A stretch of 64,000 nucleotides of DNA from the human T2T-CHM13v2.0 reference genome, Homo sapiens: the NCBI RefSeq assembly GCF_009914755.1, contig NC_060925.1; one strand, 5' to 3'. Under the pieces are notes generated by a model. The model was not told where the DNA came from and ran no database searches. It saw only the letters and a program-made list of their open reading frames with translations. Position numbers and translations under genes: made by a program. Each line of letters begins with the position of its first letter. Position 1 is the stretch's first letter. This document shows, in pieces, positions 12,401 to 26,000 of this stretch.

Positions 12401-15400
12401 CTGTGAGTTGAATACACACAACACAAGGAAGTTACTGAGAATTCTTCTGTCTAGCAGAATATGAAGAAATCCCGTTTCCAACGAAGGCCACAAGATGTCA
12501 GAATATCCACTTACAGACTTTACAAACAGAGTGTTTCCTAACTGCTCTATGAACAGAAAGGTTAAACTCTGTGAGTTGAACGAACACATCACAACGCAGT
12601 TTGTGGGAATGATTCTGTCTAGTTTTGAAACGAAGAAATTTCCTTTTCTGCCGTTGACCTTAAAGCGCTTGAAATCTACACTTGAAAATTGCACAAATAG
12701 AGTGTTTCAAATCTGCTCTGTCTAAGGGAACTTTCAACTCTGTGAGTTGAATGCACACAACACAAGGAAGTTACTGGGAATTCTTCTGTCTAGCCTTACA
12801 TGAAGAAAACCCGTTTCCAACGAAGGCCTCTAAGTGGTCAAAATATCCACGTGCAGACTTTACAAAGAGAGTGTTTCCAAACCGCTGAATGAAAAGAAAA
12901 GTTAAACTCTGAGAGTTGAACGCACACATCACGCAGCAGTTTCTGAGAATGATTCTGTCTAGTTTTTATACGAAGATATTTCCTTTTCTGCCTTTGGCCC
13001 CAAAGCGCTTGAAATCTCCACTTGCAAATTCCACAAAAACAGTGTTTCAAATCTGCTCTCTCTAAATGAAAGTTCAACTCTGTCAGTTGAATACACACAA
13101 CACAAGGAAGTTACTGAGAATTCTTCTGTCTAGCATAATATGAAGAAATCCCATTTCCAACGAAGGCCTCAAAGGGGTCTGAATATCCACTTGCAGACTT
13201 TATAAACAGAGTGTTTACTAACTGCTCTATGAAAAGAAAGGTTAAACTCTGTGAGTTGAACACACACATCACAAAGGAGTTTCTGAGAATCATTCTGTCT
13301 AGTTTTTCTACGAAGATATTTCCTTTTCTACTATTGACCTCAAAGCGGCTGAAATCTCCACTTGCAAATTCCACAAAAAGAGTGTTTCAAGTCTGCTCTG
13401 TGTAAAGGATCGTTCAACTCTGTGAGTTGAATACACACAACACAAGGAAGTTACTGAGAATTCTTCTGTCTAGCAGAATATGAAGAAATCCCGTTTCCAA
13501 CGAAGGCATCAAAGAGGTCTGAATATCCACTTGCAGACTTTACAAACAGAGTGTTTCCTAACTGCTCTATGAAAAGAAAGGTTAAACTCTGTGAGTTGAA
13601 CGCACACATCACAAAGGAGTTTCTGAGAATCGTTCTGTCTAGTTTCTATAGGAAGATATTTCCTATTCTACCATTGACCTCAAAGCGGCTGAAATCTCCA
13701 CTTGCAAATTCCACAAAAAGAATGTTTCAAGTCTGCTCTGTGTAAACGATCGTTCAACTCTGTGAGTTGAATACACACAACACAAGGAAGTTACTGAGAA
13801 TTCTTCTGTCTAGCATAATATGAAGAAATCCCGTTTCCAACGAAGGCCTCAAAGAGGTCTGAATATCCACTTGCAGACTTTACAAACAGAGTGTTTCCTA
13901 ACTGCTCTATGAAAAGAAAAGTTAAACTCTGTGATTTGAACGCACACATCACAAAGGAGTTTCTGAGAATCATTCTGTCTGGTCTTTATACGAAGATATT
14001 TCCTTTTCTACCATTGACCTCAAAGCGGCTGAAATCTCCACTTGCAAATTCCACAAAAAGAGTGTTTCAAGTCTGCTCTGTGTAAAGGATCGTTCAACTC
14101 TGTGAGTTGAATACACACAACACAAGGAAGTTACTGAGAATTCTTCTGTCTAGCAGAATATGAAGAAATCCCGTTTCCAACGAAGGCCTCAAGGAGGTCT
14201 GAATATCCACTTGCAGACTTTACAAACAGAGTGTTTCCTAACTGCTCTATGAACAGAAAGGTTCAACTCTGTGAGTTGAACGCACACATCACAAAGGAGT
14301 TTCTGAGAATCATTCTGTCTAGTCTTTATACGAAGATATTTACTTTTCTACCATTGACCTCAAAGCGGCTGAAATCTCCACTTGGAAATTCCACAAAAAG
14401 AGTGTTTCAAGTCTGCTCTGTGTAAAGGATCATTCAACTCTGTGAGTTGAATAAACACAACACAAGGAAGTTACTGAGAATTCTTCTGTCTAGCAGAATA
14501 TGAAGAAATCCCGTTTCCAACGAAGGCCTCAAGGAGGTCTGAATATCCACTTGCAGACTTTACAAACAGAGTGTTTCCTAACTGCTCTATGAAAAGAAAG
14601 GTTAAACTCTGTGAGTTGAACGCACACATCACAAAGGAGTTTATGAGAATCATTCTGTCTAGTTTCTATAAGAAGATATTTCCTATTCTACCATTGACCT
14701 CAAAGCGGCTGAAATCTCCACTTGCAAATTCGACAAACAGAGTGTTTCAAGCCTGCTCTCTGTAAAGGATCCTTCAACTCTGAGAGTTGAATACACACAA
14801 CACAAGGAAGTTACTGAGAATTATTCTGTCTAGCATAATATGAAGAAATCCCGTTTCCAACGAAGGCCTCAAAGAGGTCTGAATATCCACTTGCAGACTT
14901 TACAAACAGAGTGTTTCCTAACTGCTCTATGAGAAGAAAAGTTAAACTCTGTGAGTTGAACGCACACATCACAAAAGATTTTCTGAGAATCATTCTGTCT
15001 AGTCTTTATATGAAGATAGTTTCCTTTTCTACCATTGACCTCAAAGCGGCTGAAATCTCCACTTGCAAATTCCACAAAAAGAGTGTTTCAAGTCTGCTCT
15101 GTGTAAAGGATCGTTCAACTCTGTGAGTTGAATACACACAACACAAGGAAGTTACTGAGAATTCTTCTGTCTAGCAGAATAGGAAGAAATCCCGTTTCCA
15201 ACGAAGGCCACAAGATGTCAGAATATCCACTTACAGACTTTACAAACAGAGTGTTTCCTAACTGCTCTATGAACAGAAAGGTTAAACTCTGTGAGTTGAA
15301 CGAACACATCACAACGCAGTTTGTGGGAATGATTCTGTCTAGTTTTGAAACGAAGATATTTCCTTTTCTGCCGTTGACCTTAAAGAGCTTGAAAACTACA

Positions 15401-18400
15401 CTTGCAAATTGCACAAATAGAGTGTTTCAAATCTGCTCTGTCTAAGGGAACGTTCAACTCTGTGAGTTGAATGCACACAACACAAGGAAGTTACTGGGAA
15501 TTCTTCGGTCTAGCCTTACATGAAAAAATCCCGTTTCCAACGAAGGCCTCTAAGTGGTCAAAATTTCCACGTGCAGACTTTACAAACAGAGTGTTTCCAA
15601 ACCGCTGAATGAAAAGAAAAGTTAAACTCTGAGAGTTGAACGCACACATCACGCAGCAGTTTCTGAGAATGATTCTGTCTAGTTTTTATACGAAGATATT
15701 TCCTTTTCTGCCTTTGGCCCCAAAGCGCTTGAAATCTCCACTTGCAAATTCCACAAAAACAGTGTTTCCAATCTGCTCTCTCTAAATGAAAGTTCAACTC
15801 TGTCAGTTGAATACACACAACACAAGGAAGTTACTGAGAATTCTTCTGTCTAGCATAATATGAAGAAATCCCGTTTCCAACGAAGGCCTCAAAGGGGTCT
15901 GAATATCCACTTGCAGACTTTATAAACAGAGTGTTTACTAACTGCTCTATGAAAAGAAAGGTTAAACTCTGTGAGTTGAACACACACATCACAAAGGATT
16001 TTGTGGGAATCGTTCTGTCTAGTCTTTATACGAAGATAGTTTCCTTTTCTACCATTGACCTCAAAGCGGCTGAAATCTCCACTTGCAAATTCCACAAAAG
16101 GAGTGTTTCAAGTCTGCTCTGTGTAAAGGATCGTTCATCTCTGTGAGTTGAATACACACAACACAAGGAAGTTACTGAGAATTCTTCTATCTAGCAGAAT
16201 ATGAAGAAATCCCGTTTCCAACGAAGGCCTCAAAGAGGTCTGAATATCCACTTGCAGACTTTACAAACAGAGTGTTTCCTAACTGCTCTATGAAAAGAAA
16301 GGTTAAACTCTGTGAGTTGAACGCACACATCACAAAGGAGTTTCTGAGAATCATTCTGTCTAGTTTCTATAGGAAGATATTTCCTATTCTACCATTGACC
16401 TCAAAGCGGCTGAAATCTCCACTTGCAAATTCCACAAAAAGAGTGTTTCAAGTCTGCTCTGTGTAAAGGATCGTTCAACTCTGTGAGTTGAATACACACA
16501 ACACAAGGAAGTTACTGAGAATTCTTCTGTCTAGCAGAATATGAAGAAATCCCGTTTCCAACGAAGGCCTCAAGGAGGTCTGAATATCCACTTGCAGACT
16601 TTACAAACAGAGTGTTTCCTAAGTGCTCTATGAACAGAAAGGTTAAACTCTGTGAGGTGAACGCACACATCACAAAGGAGTTTCTGAGAATCATTCTGTC
16701 TAGTCTTTATACGAAGATATTTCCTTTTCTACCATTGACCTCAAAGCGGCTGAAATCTCCACTTGCAAATTCCACAAAAAGAGTGTTTCAAGTCTGCTCT
16801 GTGTAAAGGATCGTTCAACTCTGTGAGTGGAATACACACAACACAAGGAAGTTACGGAGAATTCTTCTGTCTAGCAGAATATGAAGAAATCCCGTTTCCA
16901 ACGAAGGCCACAAGATGTCAGAGTATCCACTTACAGACTTTACAGAGTGTTTCCTAACTGCTCTATGAACAGAAAGGTTAAACTCTGTGAGTTGAACGAA
17001 CACATCACAACGCAGTTTGTGGGAATGATTCTGTCTAGTTTTGAAACGAAGATATTTCCTTTTCTGCCGTTGACCTTAAAGCGCTTGAAATCTACACTTG
17101 CAAATTGCACAAATAGAGTGTTTCAAATCTGCTCTGTCTAAGGGAACGTTCAACTCTGTGAGTTGAATGCACACAACACAAGGAAGTTACTGGGAATTCT
17201 TCTGTCTAGCCTTACATGAAAAAAAACCCGTTTCCAACGAAGGCCTCTAAGTGGTCAAAATATCCACGTGCAGACTTTACAAACAGAGTGTTTCCAAACC
17301 GCTGAATGAAAAGAAAAGTTAAACTCTGAGAGTTGAACGCACACATCACGCAGCAGTTTCTGAGAATGATTCTGTCTAGTTTTTATACGAAGATATTTCC
17401 TTTTCTGCCTTTGGCCCCAAAGCGCTTGAAATCTCCACTTGCAAATTCCACAAAAACAGTGTTTCAAATCTGCTCTCTCTAAATGAAAGTTCAACTCTGT
17501 CAGTTGAATACACACAACACAAGGAAGTTACTGAGAATTCTTCTGTCTAGCATAATATGAAGAAATCCCGTTTCCAACGAAGGCCTCAAAGGGGTCTGAA
17601 TATCCACTTGCAGACTTTATAAACAGAGTGTTTACTAACTGCTCTAGGAAAAGAAAGGTTAAACTCTGTGAGTTGAACACACACATCACAAAGGAGTTTC
17701 TGAGAATCATTCTGTCTAGTTTTTCTACGAAGATATTTCCTTTTCTACTATTGACCTCAAAGCGGCTGAAATCTCCACTTGCAAATTCCACAAAAAGAGT
17801 GTTTCAAGTCTGCTCTGTGTAAAGGATCGTTCAACTCTGTGAGTTGAATACACACAACACAAGGAAGTTACTGAGAATTCTTCTGTCTAGCAGAATATGA
17901 AGAAATCCCGTTTCCAACGAAGGCCTCAAAGAGGTCTGAATATCCACTTGCAGACTTTACAAACAGAGTGTTTCCTAACTGCTCTATGAAAAGAAAGGTT
18001 AAACTCTGTGAGTTGAACGCACACATCACAAAGGAGTTTCTGAGAATCGTTCTGTCTAGTTTCTATAGGAAGATATTTCCTATTCTACCATTGACCTCAA
18101 AGCGGCTGAAATCTCCACTTGCAAATTCCACAAAAAGAGTGTTTCAAGTCTGCTCTGTGTAAAGGATCGTTCAACTCTGTGAGTTGAATACACACAACAC
18201 AAGGAAGTTACTGAGAATTATTCTGTCTAGCATAATATGAAGAAATCCCGTTTCCAACGAAGGCCTCAAAGAGGTCTGAATATCCACTTGCAGACTTTAC
18301 AGAGTGTTTCCTAACTGCTCTATGAACAGAAAAGTTAAACTCTGTGATTTGAACGCACACATCACAAAGGAGTTTATGAGAATCATTCTGTCTAGTCTTT

Positions 18401-20299
18401 ATACGAAGATATTTCCTTTTCTACCATTGACCTCAAAGCGGCTGAAATCTCCACTTGCAAATTCCACAAAAAGAGTGTTTCAAGTCTGCTCTGTGTAAAG
18501 GATCGTTCAACTCTGTGAGTTGAATACACACAACACAAGGAAGTTACTGAGAATTCTTCTGTCTAGCAGAATATGAAGAAATCCCGTTTCCAACGAAGGC
18601 CTCAAGGAGGTCTGAATATCCACTTGCAGACTTTACAAACAGAGTGTTTCCTAACTGCTCTATGAACAGAAAGGTTAAACTCTGTGAGTTGAACGCACAC
18701 ATCACAAAGGAGTTTCTGAGAATCATTCTGTCTAGTCTTTATACGATGATATTTACTTTTCTACCATTGACCTCAAAGTGGCTGAAATCTCCACTTGCAA
18801 ATTCCACAAAAAGAGTGTTTCAAGTCTGCTCTGTGTAAAGGATCATTCAACTCTGTGAGTTGAATAAACACAACACAAGGAAGTTACTGAGAATTCTTCT
18901 GTCTAGCAGAATATGAAGAAATCCCGTTTCCAACGAAGGCCTCAAGGAGGTCTGAATATCCACTTGCAGACTTTACAAACAGAGTGTTTCCTAACTGTTC
19001 TATGAACAGAAAGGTTAAACTCTGTGAGTTGAACGCACACATCACAAAGGAGTTTATGAGAATCATTCTGTCTTGTTTCTATAAGAAGATATTTCCTATT
19101 CTACCATTGACCTCAAAGCGGCTGAAATCTCCACTTGCAAATTCGACAAACAGAGTGTTTCAAGCCTGCTCTCTGTAAAGGATCCTTCAACTCTGTGAGT
19201 TGAATACACACAACACAAGGAAGTTACTGAGAATTATTCTGTCTAGCATAATATGAAGAAATCCCGTTTCCAACGAAGGCCTCAAAGAGGTCTGAATATC
19301 CACTTGCAGACTTTACAAACAGAGTGTTTCCTAACTGCTCTATGAGAAGAAAAGTTAAACTCTGTGAGTTGAACGCACACATCACAAAAGATTTTCTGAG
19401 AATCATTCTGTCTAGTCTTTATATGAAGATAGTTTCCTTTTCTACCATTGACCTCAAAGCGGCTGAAATCTCCACTTGCAAATTCCACAAAAAGAGTGTT
19501 TCAAGTCTGCTCTGTGTAAAGGATCGTTCAACTCTGTGAGTTGAATACACACAACACAAGGAAGTTACTGAGAATTCTTCTGTCTAGCAGAATAGGAAGA
19601 AATCCCGTTTCCAACGAAGGCCACAAGATGTCAGAATATCCACTTACAGACTTTACAAACAGAGTGTTTCCTAACTGCTCTATGAACAGAAAGGTTAAAC
19701 TCTGTGAGTTGAACGAACACATCACAACGCAGTTTGTGGGAATGATTCTGTCTAGTTTTGAAAGGAAGATATTTCCTTTTCTGCCGTTGACCTTAAAGCG
19801 CTTGAAATCTACACTTGCAAATTGCACAAATAGAGTGTTTCAAATCTGCTCTGTCTAAGGGAACGTTCAACTCTGTGAGTTGAATGCACACAACACAAGG
19901 AAGTTACTGGGAATTCTTCTGTCTAGCCTTACATGAAAAAAACCCGTTTCCAACGAAGGCCTCTAAGTGGTCAAAATATCCACGTGCAGACTTTACAAAC
20001 AGAGTGTTTCCAAACCGCTGAATGAAAAGAAAAGTTAAACTCTGAGAGTTGAACGCACACATCACGCAGCAGTTTCTGAGAATGATTCTGTCTAGTTTTT
20101 ATACGAAGATATTTCCTTTTCTGCCTTTGGCCCCAAAGCGCTTGAAATCTCCACTTGCAAATTCCACAAAAACAGTGTTTCAAATCTGCTCTCTCTAAAT
20201 GAAAGTTCAACTCTGTCAGTTGAATACACACAACACAAGGAAGTTACTGAGAATTCTTCTGTCTAGCAGTATATGAAGAAATCCCGTTTCCAACGAAGG

Positions 20300-23000
20300 C
20301 CTCAAAGGGGTCTGAATATCCACTTGCAGACTTTATAAACAGAGTGTTTACTAACTGCTCTATGAAAAGAAAGGTTAAACTCTGTGAGTTGAACACACAC
20401 ATCACAAAGGAGTTTCTGAGAATCATTCTGTCAAGTTTTTCTACGAAGATATTTCCTTTCCTACTATTGACCTCAAAGCGGCTGAAATCTCCACTTGCAA
20501 ATTCCACAAAAAGAGTGTTTCAAGTCTGCTCTGTGTAAAGGATCGTTCAACTCTGTGAGTTGAATACACACAACACAAGGAAGTTACTGAGAATTCTTCT
20601 GTCTAGCAGAATAGGAAGAAATCCCGTTTCCAACGAAGGCCTCAAAGAGGTCTGAATATCAACGTGCAGACTTTTCAAACAGAGTGTTTCCTAACTGCTC
20701 TATGAAAAGAAAGGTTAAACTCTGTGAGTTGAACGCACACATCACAAAGGAGTTTCTGAGAATCGTTCTGTCTGGTTTCTATAGGAAGATATTTCCTATT
20801 CTACCATTGACCTCAAAGCGGCTGAAATCTCCACTTGCAAATTCCACAAAAAGAGTGTTTCAAGTCTGCTCTGTGTAAAGGATCGTTCAACTCTGTGAGT
20901 TGAATACACACAACACAAGGAAGTTACTGAGAATTCTTCTGTCTAGCAGAATATGAAGAAATCCCGTTTCCAACGAAGGCCTCAAGGAGGTCTGAATATC
21001 CACTTGCAGACTTTACAAACAGAGTGTTTCCTAACTGCTCTATGAACAGAAAGGTTAAACTCTGTGAGTTGAACGCACACATCACAAAGGAGTTTCTGAG
21101 AATCATTCTGTCTAGTCTTTATACGAAGATATTTACTTTTCTACCATTGACCTCAAAGCGGCTGAAATCTCCACTTGCAAATTCCACAAAAAGAGTGTTT
21201 CAAGTCTGCTCTGTGTAAAGGATCATTCAACTCTGTGAGTTGAATACACACAACACAAGGAAGTTACTGAGAATTCTTCTGTCTAGCAGAATATGAAGAA
21301 ATCCCGTTTCCAACGAAGGCCTCAAGGAGGTCTGAATATCCACTTGCAGACTTTACAAACAGAGTGTTTCCTAACTGCTCTATGAACAGAAAGGTTAAAC
21401 TATGTGAGTTGAACGCACACATCACAAAGGAGTTTATGAGAATCATTCTGTCTAGTTTCTATAAGAAGATATTTCCTATTCTACCATTGACCTCAAAGCG
21501 GCTGAAATCTCCACTTGCAAATTCGACAAACAGAGTGTTTCAAGCCTGCTCTCTGTAAAGGATCCTTCAACTCTGTGAGTTGAATACACACAACACAAGG
21601 AAGTTACTGAGAATTATTCTGTCTAGCAGAATATGAACAAATCCCGTTTCCAACGAAGGCCTCAAAGGGGTCTGAATATCCACTTGCAGACTTTATAAAC
21701 AGAGTGTTTACTAACTGCTCTATGAAAAGAAAGGTTAAACTCTGTGAGTTGAACACACACATCACAAAGGAGTTTCTGAGAATCATTCTGTCTAGTTTTT
21801 CTACGAAGATATTTCCTTTTCTACTATTGACCTCAAAGCGGCTGAAATCTCCACTTGCAAATTCCACAAAAAGAGTGTTTCAAGTCTGCTCTGTGTAAAG
21901 GATCGTTCAACTCTGTGAGTTGAATACACACAACACAAGGAAGTTACTGAGAATTCTTCTGTCTAGCAGAATAGGAAGAAATCCCGTTTCCAACGAAGGC
22001 CTCAAAGAGGTCTGAATATCCACGTGCAGACTTTTCAAACAGAGTGTTTCCTAACTGCTCTATGAAAAGAAAGGTTAAACTCTGTGAGTTGAACGCACAC
22101 ATCACAAAGGAGTTTCTGAGAATCGTTCTGTCTAGTTTCTATAGGAAGATATTTCCTATTCTACCATTGACCTCAAAGCGGCTGAAATCTCCACTTGCAA
22201 ATTCCACAAAAAGAGTGTTTCAAGTCTGCTCTGTGTAAAGGATCGTTCAACTCTGTGAGTTGAATACACACAACACAAGGAAGTTACTGAGAATTCTTCT
22301 GTCTAGCAGAATATGAAGAAATCCCGTTTCCAACGAAGGCCTCAAGGAGGTCTGAATATCCACTTGCAGACTTTACAAACAGAGTGTTTCCTAACTGCTC
22401 TATGAACAGAAAGGTTAAACTCTGTGAGTTGAACGCACACATCACAAAGGAGTTTCTGAGAATCATTCTGTCTAGTCTTTATACGAAGATATTTACTTTT
22501 CTACCATTGACCTCAAAGCGGCTGAAATCTCCACTTGCAAATTCCACAAAAAGAGTGTTTCAAGTCTGCTCTGTGTAAAGGATCATTCAAATCTGTGAGT
22601 TGAATAAACACAACACAAGGAAGTTACTGAGAATTCTTCTGTCTAGCAGAATATGAAGAAATCCCGTTTCCAACGAAGGCCTCAAGGAGGTCTGAATATC
22701 CACTTGCAGACTTTACAAACAGAGTGTTTCCTAACTGCTCTATGAACAGAAAGGTTAAACTCTGTGAGTTGAACGCACACATCACAAAGGAGTTTATGAG
22801 AATCATTCTGTCTAGTTTCTATAAGAAGATATTTCCTATTCTACCATTGACCTCAAAGCGGCTGAAATCTCCACTTGCAAATTCGACAAAAAGAGTGTTT
22901 CAAGCCTGCTCTCTGTAAAGGATCCTTCAACTCTGTGAGTTGAATACACACAACACAAGGAAGTTACTGAGAATTATTCTGTCTAGCATAATATGAAGAA
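20300..23000 (-). repeat. Tandem 1360-bp (8-monomer) duplication inside one HOR unit
   Basis: Dimer types repeat at +1360 (ORF starts 20344/21704, 20684/22044, 21024/22384, 21364/22724). The rare variant ACGTGCAGACTTTTCAAAC is shared at ~20662 and ~22022. Confidence 0.8.
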
Positions 23001-26000
23001 ATCCCGTTTCCAACGAAGGCCTCAAAGAGGTCTGAATATCCACTTGCAGACTTTACAAACAGAGTGTTTCCTAACTGCTCTATGAGAAGAAAAGTTAAAC
23101 TCTGTGAGTTGAACGCACACATCACAACGCAGTTTGTGGGAATGATTCTGTCTAGTTTTGAAAGGAAGATATTTCCTTTTCTGCCGTTGACCTTAAAGCG
23201 CTTGAAATCTACACTTGCAAATTGCACAAATAGGCTGTTTCAAATCTGCTCTGTCTAAGGGAACGTTCAACTCTGTGAGTTGAATGCACACAACACAAGG
23301 AAGTTACTGGGAATTCTTCTGCCTAGCCTTACATGAAAAAAACCCGTTTCCAACGAAGGCCTCTAAGTGGTCAAAATATCCACGTGCAGACTTTACAAAC
23401 AGAGTGTTTCAGAACCGCTGAATGAAAAGAAAAGTTAAACTCTGAGAGTTGAACGCACACATCACGCAGCAGTTTCTGAGAATGATTCTGTCTAGTTTTT
23501 ATACGAAGATATTTCCTTTTCTGCCTTTGGCCCCAAAGCGCTTGAAATCTCCACTTGCAAATTCCACAAAAACAGTGTTTCAAATCTGCTCTCTCTAAAT
23601 GAAAGTTCAACTCTGTCAGTTGAATACACACAACACAAGGAAGTTACTGAGAATTCTTCTGTCTAGCATAATATGAAGAAATCCCGTTTCCAACGAAGGC
23701 CTCCAAGGGGTCTGAATATCCACTTGCAGACTTTATAAACAGAGTGTTTACTAACTGCTCTATGAAAAGAAAGGTTAAACTCTGTGAGTTGAACACACAC
23801 ATCACAAAGGAGTTTCTGAGAATCATTCTGTCTAGTTTTTCTACGAAGATATTTCCTTTTCTACTATTGACCTCAAAGCGGCTGAAATCTCCACTTGCAA
23901 ATTCCACAAAAAGAGTGTTTCAAGTCTGCTCTGTGTAAAGGATCGTTCAACTCTGTGAGTTGAATACACACAACACAAGGAAGTTACTGAGAATTCTTCT
24001 GTCTAGCAGAATAGGAAGAAATCCCGTTTCCAACGAAGGCCTCAAAGAGGTCTGAATATCCACTTGCAGACTTTACAAACAGAGTGTTTCCTAACTGCTC
24101 TATGAAAAGAAAAGTTAAACTCTGTGAGTTGAACGCACACATCACAAAGGAGTTTCTGAGAATCGTTCTGTCTAGTTTCTATAGGAAGATATTTCCTATT
24201 CTACCATTGACCTCAAAGCGGCTGAAATCTCCAGTTGCAAATTCCACAAAAAGAATGTTTCAAGTCTGCTCTGTGTAAAGGATCGTTCAACTCTGTGAGT
24301 TGAATACACACAACACAAGGAAGTTACTGAGAATTCTTCTGTCTAGCAGAATATGAAGAAATCCCGTTTCCAACGAAGGCCTCAAGGAGGTCTGAATATC
24401 CACTTGCAGACTTTTCAAACAGAGTGTTTCCTAACTGCTCTATGAAAAGTAAGGTTAAACTCTGTGAGTTGAACGCACACATCACAAAGGAGTTTATGAG
24501 AATCATTCTGTCTAGTTTCTATAAGAAGCTATTTCCTATTCTACCATTGACCTCAAAGCGGCTGAAATCTCCACTTGCAAATTCGACAAAAAGAGTGTTT
24601 CAAGCCTGCTCTCTGTAAAGGATCCTTCAACTCTGTGAGTTGAATACACACAACACAAGGAAGTTACTGAGAATTATTCTGTCTAGCATAATATGAAGAA
24701 ATCCCGTTTCCAACGAAGGCCTCAAAGAGGTCTGAATATCCACTTGCAGACTTTACAAACAGAGTGTTTCCTAACTGCTCTATGAGAAGAAAAGTTAAAC
24801 TCTGTGAGTTGAACGCACACATCACAAAAGATTTTCTGAGAATCATTCTGTCTAGTCTTTATATGAAGATAGTTTCGTTTTCTACCATTGACCTCAAAGC
24901 GGCTGAAATCTCCACTTGCAAATTCCACAAAAAGAGTGTTTCAAGTCTGCTCTGTGTAAAGGATCGTTCAACTCTGTGAGTTGAATACACACAACACAAG
25001 GAAGTTACTGAGAATTCTTCTGTCTAGCAGAATATGAAGAAATCCCGTTTCCAAAGAAGGCCACAAGATGTCAGAATATCCACTTACAGACTTTACAAAC
25101 AGAGTGTTTCCTAACTGCTCTATGAACAGAAAGGTTAAACTCTGTGAGTTGAACGAACACATCACAACGCAGTTTGTGGGAATGATTCTGTCTAGTTTTG
25201 AAACGAAGATATTTCCTTTTCTGCCGTTGACCTTAAAGCGCTTGAAATCTACACTTGCAAATTGCACAAATAGAGTGTTTCAAATCTGCTCTGTCTAAGG
25301 GAACGTTCAACTCTGTGAGTTGAATGCACACAACACAAGGAAGTTACTGGGAATTCTTCTGTCTAGCCTTACATGAAAAAAACCCGTTTCCAACGAAGGC
25401 CTCTAAGTGGTCAAAATTTCCACGTGCAGACTTTACAAACAGAGTGTTTCCAAACCGCTGAATGAAAAGAAAAGTTAAACTCTGAGAGTTGAACGCACAC
25501 ATCACGCAGCAGTTTCTGAGAATGATTCTGTCTAGTTTTTATACGAAGATATTTCCTTTTCTGCCTTTGGCCCCAAAGCGCTTGAAATCTCCACTTGCAA
25601 ATTCCACAAAAACAGTGTTTCAAATCTGCTCTCTCTAAATGAAAGTTCAACTCTGTGAGTTGAATACACACAACACAAGGAAGTTACTGAGAATTCTTCT
25701 GTCTAGCATAATATGAAGAAATCCCGTTTCCAACGAAGGCCTCAAAGGGGTCTGAATATCCACTTGCAGACTTTATAAACAGAGTGTTTACTAACTGCTC
25801 TATGAAAAGAAAGGTTAAACTCTGTGAGTTGAACACACACATCACAAAGGAGTTTCTGAGAATCATTCTGTCTAGTTTTTCTACGAAGATATTTCCTTTT
25901 CTACTATTGACCTCAAAGCGGCTGAAATCTCCACTTGCAAATTCTACAAATAGAGTGTTTCAAGTCTGCTCTGTGTAAAGGATCGTTCAACTCTGTGAGT

